Positions 20,819-34,200 of a stretch of 64,000 nucleotides of DNA are shown piece by piece. Source of the DNA: Lingula anatina (lineage: Eukaryota; Animalia; Brachiopoda); NCBI GenBank assembly GCA_051362555.1, contig CM120647.1, forward strand, positions 8,680,001-8,744,000, in the 5' to 3' direction. Each line of letters starts with the position of its first letter. Within the stretch, counting starts at the first letter, position 1. The position numbers and the translations under genes were made by a program. The notes under the pieces were generated by a model, which did no database searches, had not been told where the DNA came from, and was given only the letters and a program-made list of their open reading frames with translations.

Positions 20819-21817
20819 ATGCCCCAGCTTCAATAGAAGCCCGTTTTGCAAGAGACCAGCTCCAAAAAACCCTAATTTCAACAGAAGTGGGGAACACGAT
20901 CATATGAAATACGACAATTTTTAAAAGCTGGCGTTCGTGTGCTCTGCACTATATAGTTTGACTTAAATATATAGTGACATTTTCATAGTTACACTTTCAC
21001 TTTACGAATTTATGGTATATACCTCTAAGAAAAAATTAAACACAATGAGCCGAATTGAGGGCAAATACCCTAAATATCTGAAGACCAATGTCCTTGAATT
21101 TAAAAAAAAACAAGATACAGTGTACAGCTACAGTGCACGTATGCTACACATATGCTATAAGAAGACTTTAACCATACGGCCTTTGTCAATATACGTTGGA
21201 ATGTAAAAATCACAACAAATCCACTAACAAACACGTTAACGGTTCGAATTTAGTTCCATCATTTATGAGTGCTTAAAGTTCTCCACAGCTGGCACTCAAA
21301 TACTGTTTCAAAGAAATCCGACATTGGTTGTAAAAATTACTATGAAAACGAGACTTCTGTGTGGATAGTGACATTATGCTTAGTATCACGTTACCGTTGT
21401 TAGAAGACGAGTCTGAAAAATGTTCGCTAAATAATTAATATATAACATGCAAAATATCTTTTTTGTCTCTTTGGCATTTACAAATATCACACAATATCAA
21501 AATATTTACATTCAAGTTATCACATATATGCTTATATCTTTAAAAAAACTGTGGTCCGAGAAGCAAGTTACTACAGTGTACTCTCAAAGTGGACCGATCC
21601 AGTTAAAGTGTACCGCTAGCTGTGAAAAGGGTCTTAGTGTATCTTATCTGCGTCAGACATGACTTCGCTCTGTACATTTAGATGCAGATTCCCAATAAGC
21701 CCTCCAACTGCCACAATGAAAGTTTAACTAGCGGCTGTTTGTACACGAGATCCTCTGTCAATTTTGAACCAACATAAGACAAAGTTAATGACTGGTTCGC
21801 CTCGAAGACAACACTAA

Positions 21818-21997
21818 GGCCGCATTTAAAACAGCGGACTAACTAGTCCATGGATCAAATATGGCGACCCACTTAAAAAGCTTGCCGCCTTATCCCGAAA
21901 TAGAATAGATTCCCCGCGGGGGTTATGCAACAACCAGTCAGGTGGGTCGGCCATATTTAATCGGCGGACTATTTAGCGTGCAGTTGTGAATGCATCC
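21818..21997. mobile_element. MITE family B, TAA TSD, within the probable ADCY3 3' UTR
   Basis: taa|GGCCGCATTT ... GAATGCATCC|taa, with internal inverted AAATATGGC(C)GACCCAC. Confidence 0.8.
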
Positions 21998-22045
21998 TAA
22001 GACCTCTACGGTTATCTTTCTCTTATAGTCTCCTTAAAACATGTG

Positions 22046-25000
22046 TTATAATGGCGGAAGAGCATCAGCTTTCCCGTTCATCGTTCCCGAATCTAAAGCC
22101 GACGTCAGGTCAGTCTGTTTGCCCTCCATGAAGAAGGTGAGCAGTTCGCCCTTCCCTTTCACTTTCACCATGCCGCGTTTTTGGAACGTGAAACCAAATT
22201 CCTTGAGGATGAGCATCGTGTCTTCTGTCACCTGTGAAAGATATGAAAAATGGTTTTATTTAAGAGTATCAAAACTAATTCTCAAGAATAGTGAAAGCTT
22301 TTTATTAGCTGAATATCATAGCCTTTTTTTACTATGGTGTGACGTACACTGTAGAATATTCATAAGATTTTTAATGGCGAAAACTGAAAAAGTGCTGCCC
22401 CCTGTCTGTAGATATTGGTACATTTTACCTCCCCATCCCTGCTGAGATCACCGTCTCTGCGTCTGATGCAGACAATCTCTTTCACCTCATGATTGTGGTT
22501 GTTATCGAGAAGCAATTACACAGTCTCATCTATCGCAATCAAGTGCTTCATTACATTCAGGGACCAGTTTTACAAAATACACAGTACCTTTTAAGATCAA
22601 AACTACTTTCGCCATTTGTGTTTGACTGGAAAAGGGTATTTGCAAGGGATATCCTTTGACGAAAACTGGTCGTGATGTGAATTGGTCGTGCAAAACGTCA
22701 ATTTGATTATTCTGTGTGCAAGTTAATTCAGTTTTAAACGTGTCTGTACTCTGTATGAACTCACTCACCTGAATGCGCCCAACTTGTCCCGTGGAGTCCA
22801 TACGGCTGGCCACGTTCACAGTGTTTCCCCAGATATCAAAGTGAGGCTTCTTCGCTCCTATTACACCGGCGACTATGGGGCCGTGATGTATCCCTACGAG
22901 AGAAAAATTAAACCAGTCATAAACATAATTGCAATTTAAGTCACAAATACATTAATATTTTCATTATATCCGTGTTTCATATTTCAGCTGTTTTACTCAT
23001 TAATAGCAAAGATTAGTTTAACACCAAGGAAAAACAGAATTAAATACAAAAAATTGAAGACGATTACGCTTTTTGCTGAAGAAATATCAACGACGATCAC
23101 ACCATAGATATAACATTCTTTTGAGAAACATCGACCCTGACCAATAAGACCTTTGACCTCCCTTACCTATCCGAAGTTTGAAGTTATTAAAGGACTGTTG
23201 ATTTATGGTATCCAGCGCCTCCTTCATTGCAAACGCGAAGTCAGCAAGCGCCGCCAGGTGGCCCCAGATCTCCTTGACGGAAGTCCCCTTCGTGTGAGAT
23301 TTTGCGTGATTTATACCACTTGCCGCCATATATGTGGAACCGACAGTCTTTATCTTGATAATATCTGAGAAACGTGGCTCGTTCAAGAGCTGTAATAAAA
23401 ATCAAGTGTTTTACGATGATGTTTAAGGTTTTTATGTTCTCTTGTTTTTATTGCACCTCCTAGTTTAAGGATTTGCTTTTTAATTGTGAATCTGAACGAA
23501 ATATAGGTTTAGCCTATATAAAATGATGTACGGAATAACCTAAAGTATATGGTCCATGATTGCTGTACAAGTGTGGCTACCAATACCATTTAATGAAGTT
23601 TTTTATATATTATCATGATCAGTTATGTACCTCTTATGTGTATTCGCCAAAACGTTGAATATAACTAAAAGTCTTTTACCCATACGTGTCCCTTGTTCAT
23701 AAAAAGGAGCTAAATAAATGGCCCAATTTCAAAAGTTTAACACTCGTTGTGAAGCCATAACGTACTGTACCTCATCATAATCTGAAATAATCTCATTAAG
23801 GAAACGAAAGCACTCTAGCCCGTTGTTATTAACGGCGTCCTCCGAATAGAAGTCGTTGAAGTTGGGGCACGCTGCAAATATCACAGCTGTGTGTTCATAC
23901 GCCTGACTATATAGTTCCTGAAAAAAGTAAGATTACTTCATATGACGACGTTATCTGCTACTTATCATGCTTTTGGATTCTTTGTAAAACACGCCTTTCA
24001 GCTAGGATTTTAGCCGACTAACCTAAGAATAAGTTTCGATTTAAACTCCTTTATAAAAAAAGGACCAATGCTCACGTACCCCGTCGCTTCTCTTATTTCC
24101 AAGAAACTCGACTGCCACGTGCGCAGGAAGAATGTTGTACACTAGGGTCTCGTTTTTCTCGCGGAGGACTGTCACCATCTCCTTTTGTTCTTCTGCCTCT
24201 TGTTTCCATAGATACAGCTTCCTGGACATTTGATCCGCCTGGAGCAATGGTAAAATAAAGAGTAGGCCTATATCATCGTCAAAATAAATGGAATTCATCA
24301 TCGATCAAACGTGTTACTGAAAAGCTTCATAATAGTCGTCGTATTCATTTCGGTAAAACGCTATACTCAACATGCTTCTTTGTCTAAAAGAAGACGCGAC
24401 AGAGGGAGTACAATTAAAGTGGAGAGCATTTCTATACAGGCCTGTAGCCAGCAATTTCAAAGGGGGGTTCTTTTTTCTGAAAAAGTGGACCTTTTACAAT
24501 ATAATCCCCATGCACCTAGGTCAAATTTTACCCAGAGTGGACCTTTTTCCACCAAAATGGGGGTATCTTTCGAACCCCCCCCCCCCTACGGGCCTGCTTT
24601 ATATAGGATAATAAAAATCTGCATCCAAACACAACTATGAAAAGATATAATTATTCCAGTCCTCACTGTTTATCTGACACGACAACTGCTCCATTTGTGC
24701 TGTCTTAAGCTATGATGTAATAGCACTTACCGAGCGAGAAAGAAACGCTGCTGTCAAGGCAACGGCTCCTATTGTTGCAACCATCAGATATTTTGTTGGC
24801 ATCAACACACCGCTGTAACAAGAGGAAATATTATTTTCAACTTCATTTCTTGTTTTGTCAGAATGAAATTTTATTAAAAACTTTTTTCGTTTTAATTAAA
24901 GCATTTAATCATTTTTCAAGGAACTGGAAATGACAGGGGCAGGCAAATAATAACATTTCATTTCCAGATATCTCTAAAAGCCAGAATTCAATAACTCTTT

Positions 25001-25200
25001 TTTATTACTTTCTCACCTATATCGAACAATAACAAGATGCATTGCTATAAATTAGAAACTAGCATTGTGCGCATTAAGAAAGAAATGTTAAATCTAAAAT
25101 TGCGACAAAAAAGCATATTTATATGGAAGCATGTATGTATGTATGGCGGCCTATGAGGTTACGTATGCAAATGTTTAGCACGTGAAAAAAAGCAGTCGAA

Positions 25201-25259
<59 letters not shown>

Positions 25260-28200
25260 CTATGAGCATACTGCCATACTTACCCATAGGAGCCAAGAAA
25301 GCTGTCTACCTCATCAAAAGTTGTCGGAATCACAACCAGATACATAACGCAATGAACTGCGCAGACGGTTATAATCAGGATAATTTTGACCAGGAAGTTG
25401 ATCTGGGTCAGCAAGGTCGTTCCCATGACAACCATGATGCCGAAGTCCATGAAGTAAGAGGGATACTGGCAATAGGCTGTGCTGGGGTTGAGCTGAGTGG
25501 CGTTTGCCGTGAAGTTGTCCGTGGTGGAACAGCCAAGCTGTCGAAATAAAAAAACAAGGCAGCAAAGCTGTCAAATGTACAGACAAAAAACAGGAAATAA
25601 CTATGCACAAAATAGGCTACTGTCAATTCTGATGCAAAAATACATTATGTTAAACTGCAAATTCAACATCAAATTTTAATTATCCTCAACAGGTAATACC
25701 AATGTAATTAAAATACGTGACAAGTTTACACTGTGAAAATGTATAACTTCCAGAAAAATAAGTTCCTTAGACTGCTTTTCCAACTCAGACTGCATTTTAG
25801 TCCTGTATTTCTTTTTTGAAAGTTTGGCAATCATAAGTAACATGGTTTTCCCATAATGGTCATCATGGCAGCAGCAACCAAAATTGTGTTTTCTTCTATT
25901 CTGATGCAATATTACTTAATGGTTAACAGCATAATAACTCAATTTTAATAATAAAATATACGTATCATGGATTTTCAGAAAATGTGACTAGCATGGGTCT
26001 TCAAGCCCGTGGAACTTCAAAGTCACACCTTGAAAATGCCAATATGTGAAAAATTAAATTTTCACCAAATAACTGTTTAACTGGCAGCAAGAATTACCAA
26101 ACAGACTGTATTTCCTACTGAAGCTGTATTTTAGTCCCATGTTTCTTTCCTGTAAGTTTGAGAACAGTAAATGACATGGTTTTTCTTAAATGGTCATCCT
26201 GGGAGCAATGTTTAACAGCATAATGACCATCAATTTTTAATAATAGAATATTAGTTACATGGACATTCAGAAAATGTGACTAGCAAAGGTCTTCAGGCCC
26301 ATGGAACTTCAAAGTCACAACTTGAAAATGCCAAAATGTAAACGAGACAGCACTGTTCTGAAATGTTTTTTTTTTCCATTTTTAACAATTTTTAACATAA
26401 AACAAAATTATCAGTTTTCTGCCGTTTTTATATGATAAACTAAGAAAATTGATGAGATGGGAAAAATATCAACAGAGCAGTGTTAAATGTCCAATCTCTT
26501 CCATTCTGAGATTCTGAACATAGTGAATGATTGAATCTGACAAACTGCAATGATATGAGTTTATTTCCATTTTTGAAACTTTATTACACAATACACGATA
26601 ACAAGTTTACCATCATTTTTACATAATCAACTAATAATGTTGTAAAATTGCAGGAAATGCCAAACAAACACTTTTACCTATCTTATTAGTTCAATAATGA
26701 AACTGTTTACATGCCTAAGAATTAAATCTGAGGAAATGTGAAAAAACTGCATTTCTTTAAAATAATGGCCCGATTATGCTGATTTTTGAACTCAACCTGC
26801 GTTTTAGCAGGAATGACCACTCCTGTGAGTTTAATGACAATTGGCCTATCTGTTTTTCTTATATTGTGTTTACAGTGTTGCATATATGCTGAAAAGTGAA
26901 AAAAAAAGCATAACTACTTAAATAGTGGCCCGATCATGCCGATTTTCGAACTTGACCTGCATTTTATGAATATTCATCAGCTCTGTAAATATACAGCCAA
27001 AAAGTAAAACTGCCTTCCACTTATCGTGTTTACAATGAAAGTGCATGGCGCCGGCGACAGCGACAGTGACGGCAACGACGGCGACAACAGACGCAGGTGA
27101 TGGCAATATGTACAGACACATCTGTACATATTAACTGTACTGTTTGAGAACAGTAAGTGACATGGTTTTTCTTAAATGGTCATCATGGGAGCAGTGCCCA
27201 AAATAGGTTTTTTTCAAATTTTGATGCAATATTACCTAATGTTTAACAGCATAATGATCATCAATTTTTAATAATAAAATATTAGTATCATGGACAAATA
27301 GTAAACGTGACTAACAAAGGTTTTTAGGCTGATGGAACTTCAAAGTCACACCTTCAAAATGCCAAAATGTAAACAAGACTGCACTGTTCTGAAATGGGTT
27401 TATTTCCATTTTTAACACTTTTTTAACATAAAACAAAATTAATAGGTTACTGCCATTTTTATAAGATCAACTAAGAAAATTGATGAGATGTGAAAAATAT
27501 CAATAGAACAGTGTTAAATGTCCAATTTCTTCCATTCTGAGATTCTGAACATAGTGAATGATTGAATCTGACAAACTGCAATGATATGAGTTTATTTCCA
27601 TTTTTGACACTTTATTACACAATACACGATAACAAGTTTACCATCATTTTTACATAATCAACTAACAATGTTGTAAAGATGCAGGAAATGTCAAACAAAC
27701 AGTTTTACGTATCTTATTACTTAAATAATAAGGCTATTAACATGCCTAAGAATTAAATCTGAGGAAATCTGAGGAAATGTGAAAAAACAGCAGAACTTCT
27801 AAAATAATGCCCCGATTATGCTGATTTTCGAACTCAACCTGCGTTCTAGTAAGACTGACCATTCCTGTGAGTTTAATGACAATTGGGCTTACTGTTTTTC
27901 TTATATTGTGTTTACAGTGTTGCATATATGCTGAACAATGAAAAAACTGCATAACTACTAAAATAGTGGCCCGATCATGCTGATTTTCGAACTTGACCTG
28001 CGTTTTAGTAAGATTGATTATTCCTGTGAGTGTCATGACAACAGGCCTAACGGTTTTCCTTAAAATGTGTTTACAAGGTTGCATATATGCTGAAAAGTGA
28101 AAAAACAGCATAACTTCTACAATAATGGCCCGATCATGCTGATTTTCGAACTTGACCTGCGTTTTATGAATATTCATCAGCTCTGTAAATATAAAGCCAA

Positions 28201-31200
28201 AAAGTAAAACTGCCTTCCACTTATCGTGTTTACAAGGAAAGTGCACGGCGACGGCATCGCCATCGGCGACGACAGACGCAGGTGATGGCAATATGTACAG
28301 ACACATCTGTGTCTGTACATAAAAATTGATTCGTTTTTTCACTCTTATTGATTCTCAAACCATTATGACAATTTACGATTTATAAATTTTATCCAAGCGA
28401 TTTACGTATATTTTCATCGAAGGGCATATGGATTATACGTGAATTATTTTCCGAAAGAGTAAAATATAACAAAGTCTTTTCTGAAACAATGAATAATTGA
28501 AAATAAACTAAATATTTTAAAGATATTGAAGACAGTTTTTTCATAGAAGTTGAAGCATTGTACCGCCATCACTTCTAAAACGTAATATAAAAGAAGAAAG
28601 CTTTTTTTTCAAAGAAGTGTAAACATAACTTACCATATCTATAATATCGGCTGCAGCTAAAATAAGGACTGCAAGACTAACCCAGAATATCCGGAACCAA
28701 ACGGTTACCTCAATCCAGTGAGCAAAGCGAACCAAAATGTTCGGAAACTTCTGAAAAATGATTTAAGAAAAATAATTATTGTCATCCATAGCTATAACTC
28801 TACTTATGCATACAAATGACTATAAGCAAAGGAAAACACACGTAGACTTCAAGTATTGAAGGGAAATATCACATAGGCATACTAGTAAGTTTATATAAGA
28901 ATTACATGTACAAGCTCATGCAAACTGTCCTAAAGGGGTATCTCTACATGTCCTACTCCCAGTAATTGTCTCACGTTTGTAAAACACCAGCTGATGCATT
29001 TTTCTCTGTTCTAGTCAAAACATTGGTGGAGTACGTCCTACTTACTCAAAATGTATTTATTTATTTATTTACTTATTTACCTTAATGTCTGCTGCGAGAC
29101 TTATCAATGACATAATCACCAGACACACAAACACCACGGCAAATGTCAAGAATGCATTGACGTTTCTGAAATAGATAATGAACAATTTCATCACTGATTG
29201 CCTGCTTCTCTCCTTTAAGATACAAAATTGCCCATCTGGTTAACTGCTCAACGACTGCAAAATAACTCAGTGAAACAAAAAGTAAGACAATGCTAATTTT
29301 AAACCGACAATGGAGCCATTCAGAAAAGATGATCGGAGTACTAACTGATCCGCCGACTAAATATGGCCGACCCAACTTCAAAAGCGATGCCGTTGATTCC
29401 CGATGGTCTCTCCGCCTCCACAAGCACCATTAAACGGATTAAATCTTGGATCCGAGGTTCAATTGCTAGGCCACTGCAGCGACGGCAGGTGTGGAGGCGG
29501 GGAGACCACCATGGAATGGTACCCCTGAACCTAGGGGGCACGACACTCCCCCCTCCCGTTTCTCGGAGCCGCCATTGTATTTTTATGTACGTGACCTACC
29601 TGGGCAGTACCCAAAGCTGTGACAGGAAGCACGCTAGCAGTATAAGGCAGGTGCAGGACAGGGTAACGCCACTGTGTTTGCCCCTGTTACTTCCGTATTC
29701 CTTCTCCACGTCCTTGTCCTTGAACCACAGTGTTATGCGGTTGAGTCGTTTGGACATGTGCCTAAAATGATATTTTTAAAAAATGAAACGTCGCTGAATC
29801 ATGTTTCGGTGTGACGTCATAGTATGATGTCATTGTGACGTTAATGAGTCACGTTGAAATGTGACGTTATCTTCTGTCGCTTCAATCACCGACCCTCACG
29901 GAAAGTAGCTCAGCTGAGAGCGCTGTGTGTGCGCCGGATCGAAAGCACCACTTTCGCCGTGAAAACATTATCAATCATCATGCATTGTGTACTATGTCAA
30001 AATATTGGGAACAAACCATATTTCATGGAATTCAATATGCTTTTCTCTAAATTAACTGCGTAATAGGGCATAAGGAACGCAAAAGTAAAAGATATTGCAC
30101 GCTCGATATCAGTTGCTTTTTATTTCCAAGCTAGACACACTGCCGGTAATTTAGACAGAGCGTGCAATTGCTCTGTCTGAATTTCCACAGAACAAAAGCA
30201 TACGCCAGCAGCCTCAAACCTAATCGATATTTTCACTTTATAGTCCGTCCCTTTTGTTTAATAGCTTAACGGTAATGTCTTTGGAAAAACAAAAAGGTTT
30301 TATACTACCGCAAAAGATAAACTATCCACTTTAGAATGGTCATACTGCATGCCACCCGAGTTCCCATCCATAAGGGGGCCTCGTTTTGGCATTCAACAAT
30401 TGAAAAGTTTGTTACTGGGTTGTTAGTCAAATTAGACATACGGGTCATTAAAAGCCTCTGCCGTTTTCAGTAACCTTCACTAAATACTGCAAGCTCAAGT
30501 GCCTTTAAAGGAATAAAGGGATAATGGCTTCGTTTTGGCCAAAAAATGAACTTTCCTGGAGTAAACAACAATTTTCCCATACTTAACAATGGTGAATGAA
30601 TCCATTTCTACATTCAATGTTAGTCCCTGGTTTTTTTTTTCTAAAAAGTTTTTTATTTGTAATAATCTCTTAAGGGATTATTACAGAGTATAACCATCTA
30701 TGGAGGTCACGTGGTCCGATGACAAGCTCAGATATCAGAATAATAGCTATAACTGCCGTTTTTGTGGTGAAACAGAATATATTATATTTCCATGAGTTGT
30801 TTACAATGTTTTTATTATGAAATCTATATCTCATACGAAGAGGTATTATCCCCTTAAATTTAAATCATGTTACTGGAAACAGCAGAGATATGAAGAAAGT
30901 AGAGCGGTGAATTTCCAGGGAATTTTGAACCTCAGAGTACAGTTGTAAATGCTATGTATTCGAATACAGTGCTTCGGGCGTTGGTCCTCATCCTATAGGA
31001 TTTATGTAAATTGATAAAATGGAGGACCAATTTTAACTTACGTCGAATCATCTCTTTCTACCAACGCTTCATATATATGTTGATTACTGTCGACATCGTT
31101 CTTTTCTACGTCAGTGTCGCCAGTTGTTTTTGGCTCGTTGTCTGACGTCACTCCATCAGCCACGTGACCATTTGCGGCTCCGTTTGAAGCGTCGAGAGTG

Positions 31201-34200
31201 CCCTCCGGATACTGAAGTGCAAAAACATGTTGCCATAATAATCCAAAATTCAAGTAATTGTGTCTGGTGCTTTAACATTGGCTCTTCAAGTCGAAAAACA
31301 TTTTTCAGTTTTAATTGTGCTGGCTCACTTCTACAGGAGAACAATGGACGGGAACTTGAAGTCAATAGTAATATTATTTCTCTATTCAAACAAAGTCAAA
31401 CCAGTTTGGTCAGCAGAACTAAAAAGAACTATTGCCCTATATCAGGAAAGATGTCAGCGTGGAATTTGAATTTGGTGGAGTGCTACGCTATTTTATCAAA
31501 ACCATAGATGGCGCCACGTACCGGCTTCAGAACCGTTCCTACAAGGTAAGTCTTGATCCCAGCTTGTTTTATGGCCTCCTCTCTAGTGTCGCCCTCTCCC
31601 GGCTCAAGCTCAAACTCACCATCTAGGAAGTCTGCAGTAGACTGAGAGGTGTGGACGCGCCTGAGAAATAAATAAAATTAATAAATAAATTAAAATAGAT
31701 AAGATCGAATCGAAATTTTGACTTTATTTAAAATTGACATTTGTTACTACATCTAATGGTCTATGCCCAATGAAACTATTGTTCTACATAGAAGATCCAA
31801 CTCCGCAGGGATTCTCGCTGAATGCAGTCTAAAAGTGGCGGATTTAGAGGGGGGTCAAGCGTTCGGAAAGGAACCAGACCAAAATAAAAGATAACAGTAC
31901 AAGGCCAAGACTCCAGTGTCATAATCTTGAGGCCAGACACCACCAAGCTCAAAAAGGAAAACATGTACTGGTATAACAGACACCACGAGTCAGTGAAGTA
32001 TAGAAGTATGTGACATTTAGCTTACTGTCGGTTCGTGATATTTGACGAATAGCATTACCACGGCGGCTGTCTTGAACAAAACATTCATACGTGATAAATC
32101 ACGCATTCATCATCACGCCTGAGTTGCGTCTATCGGAGATAAACTTTTTTGTACTTTGGCGTAGTTTCACATCCATTTTAACAGTCGTGACATCTATTAC
32201 TGAAGTGGCGATGTGAATACAGTGACCTTATGTTTTACTACTACAAAATTAAAGAGACGCGCACATAACATCCCTGACTTACCCTGGAACGCCGCCAGAC
32301 TCCATTTTGTTTGCCATTTGGACGTCTTTTCCCAGCACGTCGAACTGCCACTGCTTCTGGCCAATGACGCCTCCCAGGACAGCCCCGGTGTGGATACCTA
32401 CACGCATGTTGACGTTGGTCTTGGTGCGTTCACGAACTTGACTGAAATTTGAGATTAAGTACTAGAAGTTTATTCGTTTCTAACGCAGTAGGGTTTTTTT
32501 CTTTCAATATCTCAATAGTTATTATCATTATTCATCATTTTGTTATTATTATCATTATTATTATTATTATTGAAAGAACTGGGACAAATGAAGGTAAACG
32601 GATAAAGAAAAAATTAATGAGAAAGAAAGTAAACCTTAAATCATCATTATAAATTGCGTAAAATAGGCCTAACAGATTTTCTGCCTTCAACTGCACTTCT
32701 TCCCTTAGCTTCTCTTGCTCTCAGACCACAGAGTGCACTAATAGTCTTTAAAAAGTTGATGTATGGCACATGATCTAATTTTTAAAACTACTCAAGGAGC
32801 CCCTGACATCAGAGGGTATGTTTTCTAGCTTATCCTGGATTTTACTACTAACAAAAACAGGTACTTACGCAATAGCGACTACCACACTAAGGCCCATGTG
32901 GACGGCTAGTACCGCGTGATCAGGGCGGGGTGTGGGTGCGCCACTGATGCAGTAGTAACAATCCCCAAGGATTTTGATACGAAGCTGATGGTATTTCTGA
33001 AAATAAACCAAACAATAGTTTCACTTTTTGTATTTTCATAATAATTATTATAAGTCTTATTATTTACTTTTTCTTTTATTAATGTTATTTTTAATGTTTT
33101 TATTCATTTTGTTTTCTTTTACGTATTAAAATTACCATCCTTTTTTTAGCTTTTGATGTAAGTATATTTCTCATTTTCCTTTATTTAAATTGATTGCGTG
33201 GCACTTAGTTACGCCGTGTGATGTCACAAAACTATTTGTGACTGGGTGTCACGTCACGTTGTTGCGGGATCTTACCTGAGAAAGTTGGTCAAAGGTGGCA
33301 AAGAGCTGGTTCAAGACGGAGACCAACTCCGGCGCTGTGACAGCAGACGACATTGCGGTAAAACCCACGATATCAGCAAAGAGAATACTATAAAAAAGCA
33401 AAAAGCACAAAAAAAACTGAACCTTTATTGTCATCACAGTTGTGAAAATTACTACGTAAAGTTGCAGCCTTAAAGACAGCAACATGAGGATGCAAACAAG
33501 AGACGAATTTCCCGCCATCTTTACCTAGCAATTGTTGTTCCAAACTGGAACGACTAAAACGAATTTGATTAAGGCCTATTCGTCCAAGTCACCATAGAGT
33601 TTTAAAATCGGTTATATGACAGTTAACAGGGTTACACTGTTACCTCACATCCTCGTGTCGACTCATGTAGATTTTCCTGAACTGCCCTCCAATTTCATTT
33701 CCCATATCTTGCACCATATCGTCTGCGACGTGCTTTGGAAGGACAGACAATAGGAGGCGCTCCTGTTTGTGAATAAAGTAAATAATCTCGGTTTATCATG
33801 TCTTTATCTATTCAGTGGTCTTTATTTCTTTCTTAGCTTATTTATTGAAAATATGTTGTAATTTGGAACATTTTGCGGTACTTCTCAAGGCCTTATGCGT
33901 CCAGTTCTGTCTGCATCTTTGTTTGAATCCGCCATTTTGTTTTTGGGATAACGGGAGGGGTGAAGCACTGGCGGATCGAAAGGGGGGAGGGTGCACAAGG
34001 ACTCAAAACGACGAGATGTAAACATTGCTCGCTTTTGTTCTGGCTTCTAATACTGGTTTTGGGGAGAAAGTGCTTTCAAAGCCAAGGAAGGGGGGATTTG
34101 TTCCCTAACTCGACCATTTGGGGGCAATGAAAACTCTTCCGTTAGGGCCTACCTGTTCTTTAGATTTCTCCTCGATGGCAACCTTGACCGAGAGCGAAGC

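Noticed and set aside
27746-28342. 198-aa ORF with internal repeats
   Set aside because: It is a translation of the 160-bp tandem units of a non-autonomous element, with no transposase motifs.
31504-31516. CTCF-like TAGATGGCGCC next to the ADCY3 exon 7 donor
   Set aside because: A single short match with no supporting context.
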